DNA of 64,000 nt. Origin: Candidatus Wirthbacteria bacterium (GTDB taxonomy: Bacteria; Patescibacteriota; CG2-30-54-11). Under the pieces are notes generated by a model, which searched no databases, had not been told where the DNA came from, and saw nothing but the letters and a program-made list of their open reading frames with translations. The first letter of the stretch is position 1. The number at the start of each line of letters is the position of its first letter. The translations under genes were made by a program, and so were the position numbers. Where the stretch lies: contig CAISZI010000048.1 of NCBI GenBank assembly GCA_903889905.1, positions 5,881 through 69,880 of the forward strand, in the 5' to 3' direction. This document shows positions 37,556 through 47,564 of the stretch, piece after piece.

Positions 37556-39820
37556 ATGTCCACACCCATCGCGACCTTTGTCGGCAAGGTTATCGGTACC
37601 AAGCTTTCCCCCAAAAGCCACAACTGGTCAAATGTCTACGTTTATGAACCGACGATCGACAAGGTCGGCCAAAGCCGTGGCAACCTCTACCTCATCCTGG
37701 ATCTGCCCAAAGATTACGAGGAACTGGGCAACACCATCATCAACTCCATGCGCGAGAAATATTACGCCGACCTCGATGTCGAACCCCTAACCAGCCTCGA
37801 GGCAACGCTTGCCTTTGCCAACAAAAAAATTGATGATTTCAACAAACGCCTGATAACCCTGCGCCAGCAAACCCTCAAACGCATTAACATTACCGCGGCA
37901 ATTCTCGTCGGTCAGGACCTCCATATCGCGCAGATTGGTGATGGCAGCATTTACCTCATCCGCAAAGGCCGCCTCAATAAAATCGGCAACGTCGGCCCGC
38001 AGCAAAAAACAGACCTGCCCGCATTTGTGAACATCGCCAGCGGCAAAATCGAAGTCGGCGACATTATGACTTTTAATACCAACAAACTTTTTGAGATCGT
38101 TCCTCTCTCACAATTCAAGGAAATCGTCACGACCTGTTACCCTTCAGTCGCTGCTTCACGCCTCTCGGAACTGATTACCAAACACCCGGCGCTCGACAAT
38201 GTTCCGAGTGTGCTGGTGGTGGAAATCAATGCCAACATCGAAGCTTCGACCGCAACCCCGGACGGCAGAAGCAATGAGCTGCCAAACCGCGTCAAAGTCA
38301 GCAAGGACACCTTTGCCGCCAAACTTAACCAGACTGAAGACGATACCGATCCACGCCCGACCGAACAAGCCCAGACGCCAAACACACCGGTATCGAGCAC
38401 CGGTTTTGACAACACCTCGGACGCAGCCTTTCCTTCGTTTGAGCCCACGGTGCCGCCACTGGAATCGACGCCCACACCCGTTGCCACGGAAATTCCCAAA
38501 CCAATTGCCAGTCCGTTTCAAAATTCTTCTGGCGATGTCGGTGGCTATCATCCCCGCCGCCACCGCCGCAACGATGGCCAGAACCAACTGCTGGGCACCC
38601 TCAAAAACTTTTTGACCAACATCCCGAGTTGGAGTGACATCCGTGAAGACCCGTCCAAAATCAGCAAGATCTTTTTGCTCATCGGCATTGTTTTGATCCT
38701 CGTGGTGGGTTTTAGCGTGATCCGCGACCGCTCCAAAAGCAACCCGGCAGTAAAGTCCAGCCAAGCTCTGACCGAAGCGCAGACCAATTACAACCTGGCC
38801 ATGGATAAAATGCGCACCAATGACCTGGTCAACGCCCGTGAATACCTGCTCGCGGCACTGGACAAGGCTCACGAAGCGCAAACATTAAAAATTTACAGCG
38901 CCGCTACCATCAACAGTCTGATCGCCGACATTCAGTCAGAACTCGATACCGTCGACCATGTGACACGCATTACGGACGCAACTCCGATTGCCGACCTCAG
39001 CACCCTGGCCAGCGACGTCAAACCCGTCAAAATGGCCTTTGCCGCCGGCTCGCTATTCTTCCTTGACAACGCCAACCAGCGCCTGTATGCCATGAACAAA
39101 GACACCCACAAACTGACCGTTGCCAAATCGCAACTTACCGATGCCGGCAGCGCCACTCTACTCACAGTCACCAAAGATATCGGCTACCTCTTTGGCAAAA
39201 ACGAAACTGGCGCCAACCAGTATTTCACGTATGATCCCAAAACCAACAAAGTCACTAAACTCGCTGCTTCTTTCAACGACGCACCGCACGCTGCATCTGT
39301 TCTGACCAGCTGGACGGACAACAATGCCGGCATCCGCCTCTATGCGGTTGACCCGACGGTCGGTGGCGTCTGGCGTTACCGCTTTGCCGGCGCCAAGCTC
39401 ACTGCGCCCACGGATATCATCAATGCCGACACCACTCGCCCGGATTTCAAAAATGTCATCGGCGCCGCTGTCGACGGCAATGTTTACCTCCTCATGAATA
39501 GCGGCGAACTGCTCAAATACGTCAATGGCAAAATCGACACCAACTTCAAACTCAAGGGCATGGCCAAACCACTTACCGACGCCGTCGCCCTGGCGACGTT
39601 CTCCAAGGACGAAACATCGCCAGACGCCACCGGCAAATACATCTACATCGCCGACCATGGCAACAAACAAATCCTCATCTTCAACAAAGCTGATGGTGCT
39701 CTCAACAAAATTTACGCTGCCACCAACGCCTTTAACGACCTCAAGGACATTTACATTGACGAACTCTCCAACCTGCTCTTCATCCTCGATGGCACCAAAG
39801 TCTACCAAATTCAACTCTAG
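37556..39820 (+). CDS. Membrane protein: PP2C-like N-domain, linker, TM, helical region, beta-propeller
   Basis: HIAQIGDGSIYLIRKG; single TM near residue 375; C-terminal YIADHGNKQILIF repeats. Confidence 0.7.
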   Translation: MSTPIATFVGKVIGTKLSPKSHNWSNVYVYEPTIDKVGQSRGNLYLILDLPKDYEELGNTIINSMREKYYADLDVEPLTSLEATLAFANKKIDDFNKRLITLRQQTLKRINITAAILVGQDLHIAQIGDGSIYLIRKGRLNKIGNVGPQQKTDLPAFVNIASGKIEVGDIMTFNTNKLFEIVPLSQFKEIVTTCYPSVAASRLSELITKHPALDNVPSVLVVEINANIEASTATPDGRSNELPNRVKVSKDTFAAKLNQTEDDTDPRPTEQAQTPNTPVSSTGFDNTSDAAFPSFEPTVPPLESTPTPVATEIPKPIASPFQNSSGDVGGYHPRRHRRNDGQNQLLGTLKNFLTNIPSWSDIREDPSKISKIFLLIGIVLILVVGFSVIRDRSKSNPAVKSSQALTEAQTNYNLAMDKMRTNDLVNAREYLLAALDKAHEAQTLKIYSAATINSLIADIQSELDTVDHVTRITDATPIADLSTLASDVKPVKMAFAAGSLFFLDNANQRLYAMNKDTHKLTVAKSQLTDAGSATLLTVTKDIGYLFGKNETGANQYFTYDPKTNKVTKLAASFNDAPHAASVLTSWTDNNAGIRLYAVDPTVGGVWRYRFAGAKLTAPTDIINADTTRPDFKNVIGAAVDGNVYLLMNSGELLKYVNGKIDTNFKLKGMAKPLTDAVALATFSKDETSPDATGKYIYIADHGNKQILIFNKADGALNKIYAATNAFNDLKDIYIDELSNLLFILDGTKVYQIQL

Positions 39821-39851
39821 TCAATCGATTGCGTCACTTAACCTGATCACC

Positions 39852-39883
39852 AAAAAAGAGACACTCAAATTGAGTGTCTCTTT
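39852..39883. terminator. Terminator between convergent genes
   Basis: AAAGAGACACTCA-AAT-TGAGTGTCTCTTT. Confidence 0.75.
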
Positions 39884-39904
39884 ACAAATGCTGCTGAAGC
39901 TAGC

Positions 39905-40258
39905 TTACTCGGACTGTTGCTTGAGTTCTTTTGCTGCGAGTCTCACCTCGATCAGCTGTTTGGCATCCTGGGCTTTGGCTTTGGCCACTTTGCTCCAGTC
40001 TTCAACTTTGTCCTGCACCAGGGCCGCGGTTTTCTTGACATGCTCCTGCACTTTGGGCAAATTTTCATCCTTGAACCGGTTGATTTCTGCTTTGTACACT
40101 CCGGAATTGCTTTTCAGTTTAGCAATCTGCCCTTTGACTTTGATCCGGGTGTCCTCGCCTTTTTCGGGCGCCAACAGTAACCCAACGACCGCTCCAATTG
40201 CGGCTCCAGCGATCAGTCCCGCCCTGAAGATCAAACCCGACGGATTGTTTCTAGCCAT
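39905..40258 (-). CDS. YtxH-domain protein
   Basis: GAAIGAVVGLLLAPEKGEDTR; GAGGTG RBS. Confidence 0.8.
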   Translation of the reverse strand: MARNNPSGLIFRAGLIAGAAIGAVVGLLLAPEKGEDTRIKVKGQIAKLKSNSGVYKAEINRFKDENLPKVQEHVKKTAALVQDKVEDWSKVAKAKAQDAKQLIEVRLAAKELKQQSE

Positions 40259-40283
40259 GACAGGCACCTCACACTTCAAAAAA

Positions 40284-40565
40284 TTAGCTTTGCGTTTCAA
40301 CTGTTGCATCCGTGGTTTTCTTGGATTTCCGGACTTTTTTCATCATCCCGCCTGCTTTGCGGAAAATTTCCATGGCAGCCCCGACGCTTTCAAAAATTTC
40401 GTCAATTTTGGCTACCCGGCGTTCGACCGTGTCCGTGACTTTGCGAAAATCAGAAGCAATCAAACGGAATTCTGTCAAAATTGGCCCGATAAAGGCGATC
40501 AAAAAGACCAGATTGAGCGTCAGCATGATCAGAATGGCAATCCCGACGATCAGGCCCAAACTCAT
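40284..40565 (-). CDS. DUF948/YoxC-like small membrane protein
   Basis: TM then coiled coil; AGGAGG RBS; sits upstream of the ytxH-like gene. Confidence 0.55.
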   Translation of the reverse strand: MSLGLIVGIAILIMLTLNLVFLIAFIGPILTEFRLIASDFRKVTDTVERRVAKIDEIFESVGAAMEIFRKAGGMMKKVRKSKKTTDATVETQS

Positions 40566-40718
40566 AATTCCTCCTGTCATTGGAAGCATAAAATAATCAA
40601 CTTGCCATTAAAACTATAACAATGTAGCCTCTAAATAGCAATCCTCCTGTACCAAAGACGGAAATCTTTGGTATAATATACAGAAAGTCACCTCCACCCA
40701 CTATTAATCAAAAATAAA

Positions 40719-41600
40719 ATGGCCTACTATCCGCTCATCTGGCGTAACTGCTGCACCCAACAATGCCCTCACTATTATCTTCGCAATGGCAAATTTTATT
40801 GCCAGTCCAAGGATTTTCACTACTGGCTTTACCGCTATCTGCAGCGTGAACTTAATCAATACCGTGAAGAAAATGCCAAGGAATACCCCGATTTCGCTGA
40901 ATACAATGGTAAAGTCTTTGATGCGGTGGGTGATTTTTTCTTGTTTTTGGAAAAACCACCTTACAAAGTCACGGCCTGCCCGATTTATACAGACATGAAA
41001 GCGCAAGCAGCCGCTGCGGACGAAGCCGCACAAAAAGCCAAGGAATTAGAACTGCAGGCCGCGCGCGAAAAAGCCGAAAACGAACGCTTGGCAGCATTGG
41101 ATGCCGAACGTAAATACAAAGAAGACAGGGGTCAACTCGACCAAGATACCGCAGACCGCCTTGCCCGGGAGACTGAGAAGGCAAAAACTGAACAGGAACG
41201 CCTGAGAGCAGAAGAATTAAGGATGTTGGCAGACGAACAACGCCAGTTAGAATTACGTGAAGCCAGAGAAAACGAGGAAAAAGAATCGCGCGAGAGAGCT
41301 GAACACGAACGCCTGCTTGAATTGCAACAGGTCGAAAACCTGGAAAAACAGCGGATTGCAGAGGAAACCAAACGCCTGGCCGAAGAAAAATGGGCTCAAG
41401 AACAGACGGAAACCGAGAAAAAGGAAAAAAGAGAAGCTGAGGAAGAAGCAGCCCGAAAAGCTGACGCAGAAGCAAAACAAAGACGACTTGAGCAGGAAGC
41501 AGAAGATCAGTATAATCCAAGCGCTGTGGATACCGACGACGGGGAAAAAATCCACAAAGACCCCGATGTGCCATTTTGGAAAAAATGGTTCAAAAAATAG
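40719..41600 (+). CDS. Hypothetical protein, Cys-rich N-terminus plus charged coiled coil
   Basis: NCCTQQCPH..FYC; E/K/R-rich helix; TGGTATAAT upstream. Confidence 0.7.
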   Translation: MAYYPLIWRNCCTQQCPHYYLRNGKFYCQSKDFHYWLYRYLQRELNQYREENAKEYPDFAEYNGKVFDAVGDFFLFLEKPPYKVTACPIYTDMKAQAAAADEAAQKAKELELQAAREKAENERLAALDAERKYKEDRGQLDQDTADRLARETEKAKTEQERLRAEELRMLADEQRQLELREARENEEKESRERAEHERLLELQQVENLEKQRIAEETKRLAEEKWAQEQTETEKKEKREAEEEAARKADAEAKQRRLEQEAEDQYNPSAVDTDDGEKIHKDPDVPFWKKWFKK

Positions 41601-41674
41601 GGCCCATAGCTCAGGGGTAGAGCGCTCGGCTCATAACCGATTGGTCACAGGTTCGAAGCCTGTTGGGCCCACCA
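41600..41674 (+). tRNA. tRNA with CAT anticodon, probably tRNA-Ile2
   Basis: GGGCCCA/TGGGCCC acceptor, CT-CAT-AA loop, TTCGA, encoded CCA. The Ile-like acceptor stem is my inference. Confidence 0.85.
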
Positions 41675-41863
41675 TGTAGAATGACTTGGTAAGCCTGCGA
41701 ACTTAGTCATTCTTATCCCTGAAAGCCTGTAATCAAGCTGTAAGGGACCTTCGTTAAAGCTACGGTTGGCTTCGCCATTTAGAGGTAATGAACAGGTTGA
41801 AAAAACTTGTGTCCGAGGTATGATGCTGCATGGTTATAATTTATTGCTCTAAATGACATCTTG

Positions 41864-42301
41864 ATGATTCAAAGTTCACGTAAAAGCAGCATTTTCAGCC
41901 TCTCCAATTCAAAAGCATTCCTGATCATTGGGGTGTTGATTACTTTTTTTATGTCTGTCAACCTGGTCAAAGCCATTCAGGAAAACCGTCAGGTACAGCA
42001 GGGTATCGACAAACTCCAGCTGCAGCTTAGCGATCTGAACAAACAAAACCAGAACCTGAACACGACGCTGGATTACACCAAAACCGACCTGTTTGTGGAA
42101 GAAGAAGCCCGCAACCGTCTCAACCTGAAAAAGACCGATGAAATCGTTGTCTCACTTCCGCCTGACAAAGTGGCTATCCGCGAGCAAAGCTCCGCCGAAT
42201 ACAAAGCCATTCAGGACCGGAGCCAACAGCCCAACCCGCGCAAATGGTTTGATTACTTCTTCGCCGGGTCGACCAATTCATCTTCATCCACTACCAATTA
42301 A
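41864..42301 (+). CDS. Septum formation initiator (FtsB/DivIC) family
   Basis: TM, coiled coil, FVEEEARNRLNLKKTDE. Confidence 0.75.
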   Translation: MIQSSRKSSIFSLSNSKAFLIIGVLITFFMSVNLVKAIQENRQVQQGIDKLQLQLSDLNKQNQNLNTTLDYTKTDLFVEEEARNRLNLKKTDEIVVSLPPDKVAIREQSSAEYKAIQDRSQQPNPRKWFDYFFAGSTNSSSSTTN

Positions 42302-42355
42302 TGATAAGCTTGACAAGTCCTGTCAGTCTTGGCAATATTTACACTTGTTGATTGT

Positions 42356-42430
42356 GGCAGGGTAGCTCAGTGGTAGAGCAAAGGACTCATAAGCCTTTGG
42401 TCGGGAGTTCAAATCTCCCCCCTGCCACCA
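42356..42430 (+). tRNA. tRNA-Met (elongator, CAT)
   Basis: GGCAGGG/CCCTGCC acceptor, CT-CAT-AA loop, TTCAAAT, CCA. Confidence 0.88.
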
Positions 42431-42556
42431 GCCTTCGCTTCTGGAAGTCTGCTCATTAAGCAGACAAGCTTCGGCTGGCAGCGCCATCAAGCTTGACTTG
42501 TGAATAGTCATGCATACTTGCGCCCAATGCCAAATTGAGGTATCTTGGGGAGGCGT

Positions 42557-42631
42557 CGCGGGATGGAGCAGTGGCAGCTCGTCGGGCTCATAACCCGAAG
42601 GTCGGGGGTTCGAATCCCTCTCCCGCTACCA
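42557..42631 (+). tRNA. tRNA-fMet (initiator)
   Basis: CGCGGGA start with a C1/T72 mismatch, three G-C pairs in the anticodon stem (GGG/CCC), CAT, CCA. Confidence 0.93.
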
Positions 42632-42642
42632 GAAATTTCAAC

Positions 42643-42671
42643 AAGTCTCGTCCCATGGACGGGACTTTTTT
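42643..42671 (+). terminator. Terminator after tRNA-fMet
   Basis: AAGTCTCGTCC-CAT-GGACGGGACTT then a T-run. Confidence 0.7.
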
Positions 42672-42708
42672 GTTATCCAAAAACGCTAAAAAAGGCTATA
42701 ATACATAC

Positions 42709-45297
42709 ATGAGCTCCTCATTTAACACCAAAATCAAATCTCTCGAATACCTGAATGTCGCCGCTGCTTCTGCGATGACAACGGACGTATTGCTTGCCAA
42801 AATGCAAACCCAGGTTACCGGTTTAAGTGCCATTTCGATCAAAGAGCGCTTAGAACAGTTTGGTCCCAACGAAATTGCCGCCAAGAAGCCGCAGCCGTGG
42901 TACTGGCAATTACTGGGAAACTTCAAAGATCCGTTAAGCATCCTGTTACTGTCATTAGGTATATTATCCGGCCTGACCGGAGACAGCAAAGCCACAATCA
43001 TCATCTGCACCATGCTCACCTTGAGTGTATTGATGCGCTTTGTCCAGGAAAAACGCGCTGACAAAGCCGCCAACGACCTCAAAGCCATGGTCCATACCAC
43101 CACAACCGTTGTTCGCGCTGCCGTCCAAAAGGACATCAATCTCGCTGAGATTGTCCCCGGCGATATTGTGCATCTCAGTTCTGGTGACATGATCCCGGCC
43201 GACTTGCGCATCCTCGTATCCAAAGACTTATTTGTCAACCAGTCGTCGCTCACCGGTGAGGCCTTGCCAGTGGAAAAACATGCCCAGCCGACGCATACGG
43301 CCGCGAGTGACTACGACATGGAAAACATCTGCTATATGGGCACCAATGTAGTGAGCGGTACGGCTGCTGCTGTGGTTTTTGCCACGGGAGACAAAACCCG
43401 TTTTGGCAGTTTTGCCAGTAAAATGAGTGCCACCAGACAGCTCACCAGTTTTGACCAGGGTATCAATAAATTCACCTATTTGATGCTGCGGTTCATTGGC
43501 GTGATGGTTCCCTTGGTTTTTCTCATCAATGGATTCAGCAAGGGCAACTGGTTACAGGCTTTTCTGTTTGCCATGGCTGTGGCCGTTGGCCTGACGCCCG
43601 AAATGCTGCCCATGATCGTGACTGTCAACCTGAGCAAAGGCGCACTTGAAATGTCGAGGCGCAAAGTGATCGTCAAGCGACTCAATGCCATCCAGAACTT
43701 TGGCGCCATGGATGTATTGTGTACCGATAAAACGGGAACCCTTACTCTCGGCCGAGTTGTGTTGATCAAACACGTGGATATCACTGGTGCCGAAAACGTC
43801 AACATCCTCGACATGGCATACCTCAATAGTTTCTACCAGACTGGCCTCAAAAACATTCTCGACACTGCTGTGCTCAAACACGACAGCCAACTCACTCGCA
43901 ATCTCATCCGCCACTTCACCAAAATTGACGAAATCCCCTTTGATTTTGTGCGTCGTCGTATGTCCGTGGTGGTTGAGAACGAACACCAGGAACACTTCCT
44001 GGTCTGCAAAGGCGCTTCTGAGGAGATCCTGGCGCACTGTTCCAAAGTTCAAATTGGTGACAAAGTAACCAACCTGGAACAATACCATCACCAGCACAAA
44101 GACGATATCATGCGGGATTTGAGCAACCAGGGCTTTCGTCTGATTGCGCAGGCAATCAAAAAAATGCCGGCAGCCAAAACGGTCTACAAAATTCCGGATG
44201 AAAGTGACATGACGCTGCTCGGTTTTCTGGCCTTTCTCGACCCACCCAAAAGCTCCTCGCGCAAAGCCATTGCCGAGCTGCATAACTATGGTGTCAACGT
44301 CAAAATCCTGACTGGCGATAACGAGCTGGTGGCAGCAAAAATCTGTGAACAGGTCGGAATCTCGCATCAGCAAATCCTGCTCGGATCACAAATTGCGGCA
44401 ATGTCGGAACAGGAGTTCAGCCAGGCCGTTGAGGATACAGCCATTTTTGCCAAGCTGGAGCCACAACACAAAGAACGGATTATCAAGGCGCTTCAAGCGC
44501 GCGGGCATGTGGTTGGCTTTATGGGTGACGGCATCAATGATGCGCCAGCGCTTAAAGTCGCGGATGTGGGCATTTCCGTTGATAGCGCCGTTGATATAGC
44601 CAAGGAATCCTCCGATATCATCCTGCTCAAACAAAGCCTGCTCGTGCTCAAAGAAGGGGTGCGTGAAGGCCGCAAAATTTTCGCCAATATCAACAAATAC
44701 ATCAAAATGACGGCGAGCTCCAACTTTGGCAACATGTTTTCGGTACTGGGAAGCAGTATCTTCCTGCCTTTCCTGCCCATGCAGCCGATTCAGGTGATCA
44801 CCAATAATTTATTGTATGACATTTCCCAGATTGGTATCCCCAGTGATCATGTCGATGAGGAATATTTACAAAAACCACGTCGCTGGGACATCAAACACAT
44901 CCGCAATTTCATCATTTTCCTGGGTCCTGTGAGTTCAGTTTTTGACTACCTCACTTATTTTGCCATGCTCTATATCTTCCATGCCTGGCAAAACCCTGCT
45001 TTGTTTCAAACCGGCTGGTTTGTCGAATCACTGTTTACCCAAACCCTGATCATCCATGTGATTCGAACCCAGAAATTGCCCTTTGTCCAAAGCAAAGCCA
45101 GTCGCTTGCTGACGATCACCACTACCACCATCGTCATTTTGGGTGCGCTGCTGCCCTTTTCGCCGCTGGCGGCGGCACTTGGCTTCACACCACTGCCACT
45201 TGCCTACTTTGGCGTCCTGACCATTTTCCTATTGTTGTACTTTGTGCTGGCAGAACTGATCAAGCGACTCTTCATCCGCCGTTTTGGCTGGGAATAA
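42709..45297 (+). CDS. mgtA: Magnesium-translocating P-type ATPase
   Basis: TGEALPVEK, VGLTPEMLPM, DKTGT, EIPFDFVRRRMSV, GDGINDAP, SSNFGNMFS. Start moved to ATG 42709; TATAAT lies 6 nt upstream. Confidence 0.93.
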   Translation: MSSSFNTKIKSLEYLNVAAASAMTTDVLLAKMQTQVTGLSAISIKERLEQFGPNEIAAKKPQPWYWQLLGNFKDPLSILLLSLGILSGLTGDSKATIIICTMLTLSVLMRFVQEKRADKAANDLKAMVHTTTTVVRAAVQKDINLAEIVPGDIVHLSSGDMIPADLRILVSKDLFVNQSSLTGEALPVEKHAQPTHTAASDYDMENICYMGTNVVSGTAAAVVFATGDKTRFGSFASKMSATRQLTSFDQGINKFTYLMLRFIGVMVPLVFLINGFSKGNWLQAFLFAMAVAVGLTPEMLPMIVTVNLSKGALEMSRRKVIVKRLNAIQNFGAMDVLCTDKTGTLTLGRVVLIKHVDITGAENVNILDMAYLNSFYQTGLKNILDTAVLKHDSQLTRNLIRHFTKIDEIPFDFVRRRMSVVVENEHQEHFLVCKGASEEILAHCSKVQIGDKVTNLEQYHHQHKDDIMRDLSNQGFRLIAQAIKKMPAAKTVYKIPDESDMTLLGFLAFLDPPKSSSRKAIAELHNYGVNVKILTGDNELVAAKICEQVGISHQQILLGSQIAAMSEQEFSQAVEDTAIFAKLEPQHKERIIKALQARGHVVGFMGDGINDAPALKVADVGISVDSAVDIAKESSDIILLKQSLLVLKEGVREGRKIFANINKYIKMTASSNFGNMFSVLGSSIFLPFLPMQPIQVITNNLLYDISQIGIPSDHVDEEYLQKPRRWDIKHIRNFIIFLGPVSSVFDYLTYFAMLYIFHAWQNPALFQTGWFVESLFTQTLIIHVIRTQKLPFVQSKASRLLTITTTTIVILGALLPFSPLAAALGFTPLPLAYFGVLTIFLLLYFVLAELIKRLFIRRFGWE

Positions 45298-45303
45298 TTT
45301 GGT

Positions 45304-45981
45304 TTAACAAACACGTTGATCGATCCAGTGCTTTGAATCCCTGGCTGGAGCTTCAGCTGATTTATAGTGATTGACCTCAAACACCGTCAGCCAATCATCC
45401 GGGCATGGCACTAGTAATGACGCCAAGGCCTCAGGATTCCGTTGTTCGCCATCAAGCCATAGCTGAGCCTTGTCCTCGCCCAAAATGACTGGCATACGAT
45501 CGTGGATGGCCGCCATGGCCCGATTGGGCGTGGTGGTAATGATCGTACAGGATTGGACAGCGACTCCCTGCGGACTTTGCCAGCGCTCCCATAATCCAGC
45601 GAAGCTAAAGAATTCACCCCGTGTCGGCTGAATGGCGAATTTACGTTTAGGCACCTCATTCTTGGGCCATTCATAAAAGCCATTCGCCGGAATCAAACAG
45701 CGGCGACGAAGGTAAGCGTCCCGGAATGTTGGTTTGTCCGCAACCGTTTCGGCACGGGCGTTGAAGGTTTTAAAGCCAAAGGCCTGAGCTTTGGCCCAGG
45801 CAGGGATTAAACCCCACCGCATATAATGCAATTCGCGCTGCTCTGACGCCGTAACCGTAAGCACATCACTCCCTGGCCGCAGGTTGTAATCCGGTGTCCA
45901 ATCCACTTTCGCCTTTTCACCGACTTGGTAATAGGCGGCAATTTTAGTGATAGGCGAATAGACGTAAAAGGTGCCGCACAT
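45304..45981 (-). CDS. SOS response-associated peptidase (SRAP/YedK)
   Basis: MCG start, WGLIP.W, NARAET, RRCLIPANGFYEW, IHDRMPVIL. Confidence 0.93.
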   Translation of the reverse strand: MCGTFYVYSPITKIAAYYQVGEKAKVDWTPDYNLRPGSDVLTVTASEQRELHYMRWGLIPAWAKAQAFGFKTFNARAETVADKPTFRDAYLRRRCLIPANGFYEWPKNEVPKRKFAIQPTRGEFFSFAGLWERWQSPQGVAVQSCTIITTTPNRAMAAIHDRMPVILGEDKAQLWLDGEQRNPEALASLLVPCPDDWLTVFEVNHYKSAEAPARDSKHWIDQRVC

Positions 45982-46011
45982 GACTGGCGACTCCCAAGTG
46001 ATTAACTAAAC

Positions 46012-46824
46012 TCAACCCGCCAACTTCCTCGCCGCCAGGGCACAAAGGAACAGGACAAAACTCAACAAGACGATGGTCGCCCCCGTGGGAAGGTTGAGGG
46101 CAAAGGAGAGAACGATACCCGCCACGATTGCGAAAACCGAAATCGCCATGCTCAATAACAGGGCGGCGCGAAAATCACCGGCAAGCTGTAAAGCTGTGGT
46201 GGCCGGCAAGATAAGTAATGCCGAGACCAGCATCACTCCCACCACCTGAATCGACAGCACAACCACAATCGCGGTCAAGACAAAAAAAGCCGCATTGATC
46301 CACTGGGTTTTGATGCCCAGGCTCACGGCATACGTTTCATCAAAAGTCAGCGCGAACAAATCATAATACAGCAGCGCCACGGCAGCGATGACGACGATTG
46401 AAAGCCCGATCGAAATCAACATTTCACTCTGACCAATGGCGAGGATGTTGCCAAACAGATAACTAAACAAATCGACATTAAAGCCATGCGCTAAACTAGC
46501 CATCATCACGCCGCTCGCAATGCCGACTGCCGACACAATACCAATCGCAGTATCACCATAAACTTTGGCTTTGGTCGTGAGCAACAAAATCACCAGTGCT
46601 CCAACCATCGCCACAGGCAATGCGACAAAGAGTGGAAAAATGCCCGCCAGCAAGCCCAGGGCAACGCCGGCAAAGCTGGTATGGGCGAGACCATCGCCAA
46701 TCAAACTGAATTTCCGCAGCACCAGAAAAATGCCCAGCAGCGCGCACAACATGCCCACAAATGTCCCTGCCACCACTGCCCGCTGGATAAATGCAAATTG
46801 CCATAAATCGATCAAATTCTGCAT
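46012..46824 (-). CDS. znuB: Zn/Mn ABC transporter permease
   Basis: GDGLAH, YLFGNIL, FDE..A...G, VGVMLVSALLILPA. Confidence 0.85.
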   Translation of the reverse strand: MQNLIDLWQFAFIQRAVVAGTFVGMLCALLGIFLVLRKFSLIGDGLAHTSFAGVALGLLAGIFPLFVALPVAMVGALVILLLTTKAKVYGDTAIGIVSAVGIASGVMMASLAHGFNVDLFSYLFGNILAIGQSEMLISIGLSIVVIAAVALLYYDLFALTFDETYAVSLGIKTQWINAAFFVLTAIVVVLSIQVVGVMLVSALLILPATTALQLAGDFRAALLLSMAISVFAIVAGIVLSFALNLPTGATIVLLSFVLFLCALAARKLAG

Positions 46825-46826
46825 CG

Positions 46827-47564
46827 CTAATCCTCCCGCTGGTGATGGTGCAACATGTGCTGATGGCCGTCATCTGGTAGACAAAAATCCTTTAGACTGC
46901 CGTCATAAACCACCTTGTTTTCCAGGTAAAGCAGCTTGGTCGCGTCATCCCCAAGGTCACTCAAATCATGCGAAATAAAAATGATCGTAACCCCGTGTGC
47001 GCGGTTCATATGCCGCAGCAGCGCAAACAGATTTGCGCGTGCTTTGCCATCGAGTGAACTGGTCGGCTCATCCATCACCAGCAATTCCGGCGTGGAGATC
47101 AAGGCTCTGGCGATAAACACTTTCTGTTGCTGCCCACCCGAAAGTTCCTGCACCGATTTGTGCCGCAGATCGAGGATGTCCATTTCCTGCATGATGTCGC
47201 CAACCATTTTGCGATCGTCCGCGGTAAAACGTTTGGGCAGGTGCTTTTGGGCAAGTAATCCGAGCTTGATGATTTCTTCGACCGACGCGGGAAACAGCGG
47301 GTTAAAGGAGTACATTTTTTGGGGTACATAGCCGACCCTGTGCCAGTGGCTGAATTTACCCAAAGGCTGGCCGAATAATTCGATCTGGCCAGTGTGTGGC
47401 ATGATGCCCAGCAGTGCCCTGACCAGCGTTGATTTGCCGCTACCATTGGGTCCGGCCACCACGACGTAATCCTGCTCACGAATCGTGAAACTGGCATTGT
47501 CCAATGCTTTTGTAAAACCATAGTTTGTGTTCACCGTCTCAAACCGCACTATAACGTCGGACAT
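46827..47564 (-). CDS. znuC: Zn/Mn ABC transporter ATPase
   Basis: GPNGSGKST, GYVPQ, LSGGQQQ, His-rich tail. Confidence 0.85.
   Translation of the reverse strand: MSDVIVRFETVNTNYGFTKALDNASFTIREQDYVVVAGPNGSGKSTLVRALLGIMPHTGQIELFGQPLGKFSHWHRVGYVPQKMYSFNPLFPASVEEIIKLGLLAQKHLPKRFTADDRKMVGDIMQEMDILDLRHKSVQELSGGQQQKVFIARALISTPELLVMDEPTSSLDGKARANLFALLRHMNRAHGVTIIFISHDLSDLGDDATKLLYLENKVVYDGSLKDFCLPDDGHQHMLHHHQRED

Noticed and set aside
42535-42708. N-terminal extension of the 920-aa mgtA ORF
   Set aside because: It runs through tRNA-fMet and its terminator; the real start is probably ATG 42709.
42632-45981. Island integrated at tRNA-fMet carrying mgtA and SRAP
   Set aside because: No integrase and no duplicated tRNA 3' end were seen.
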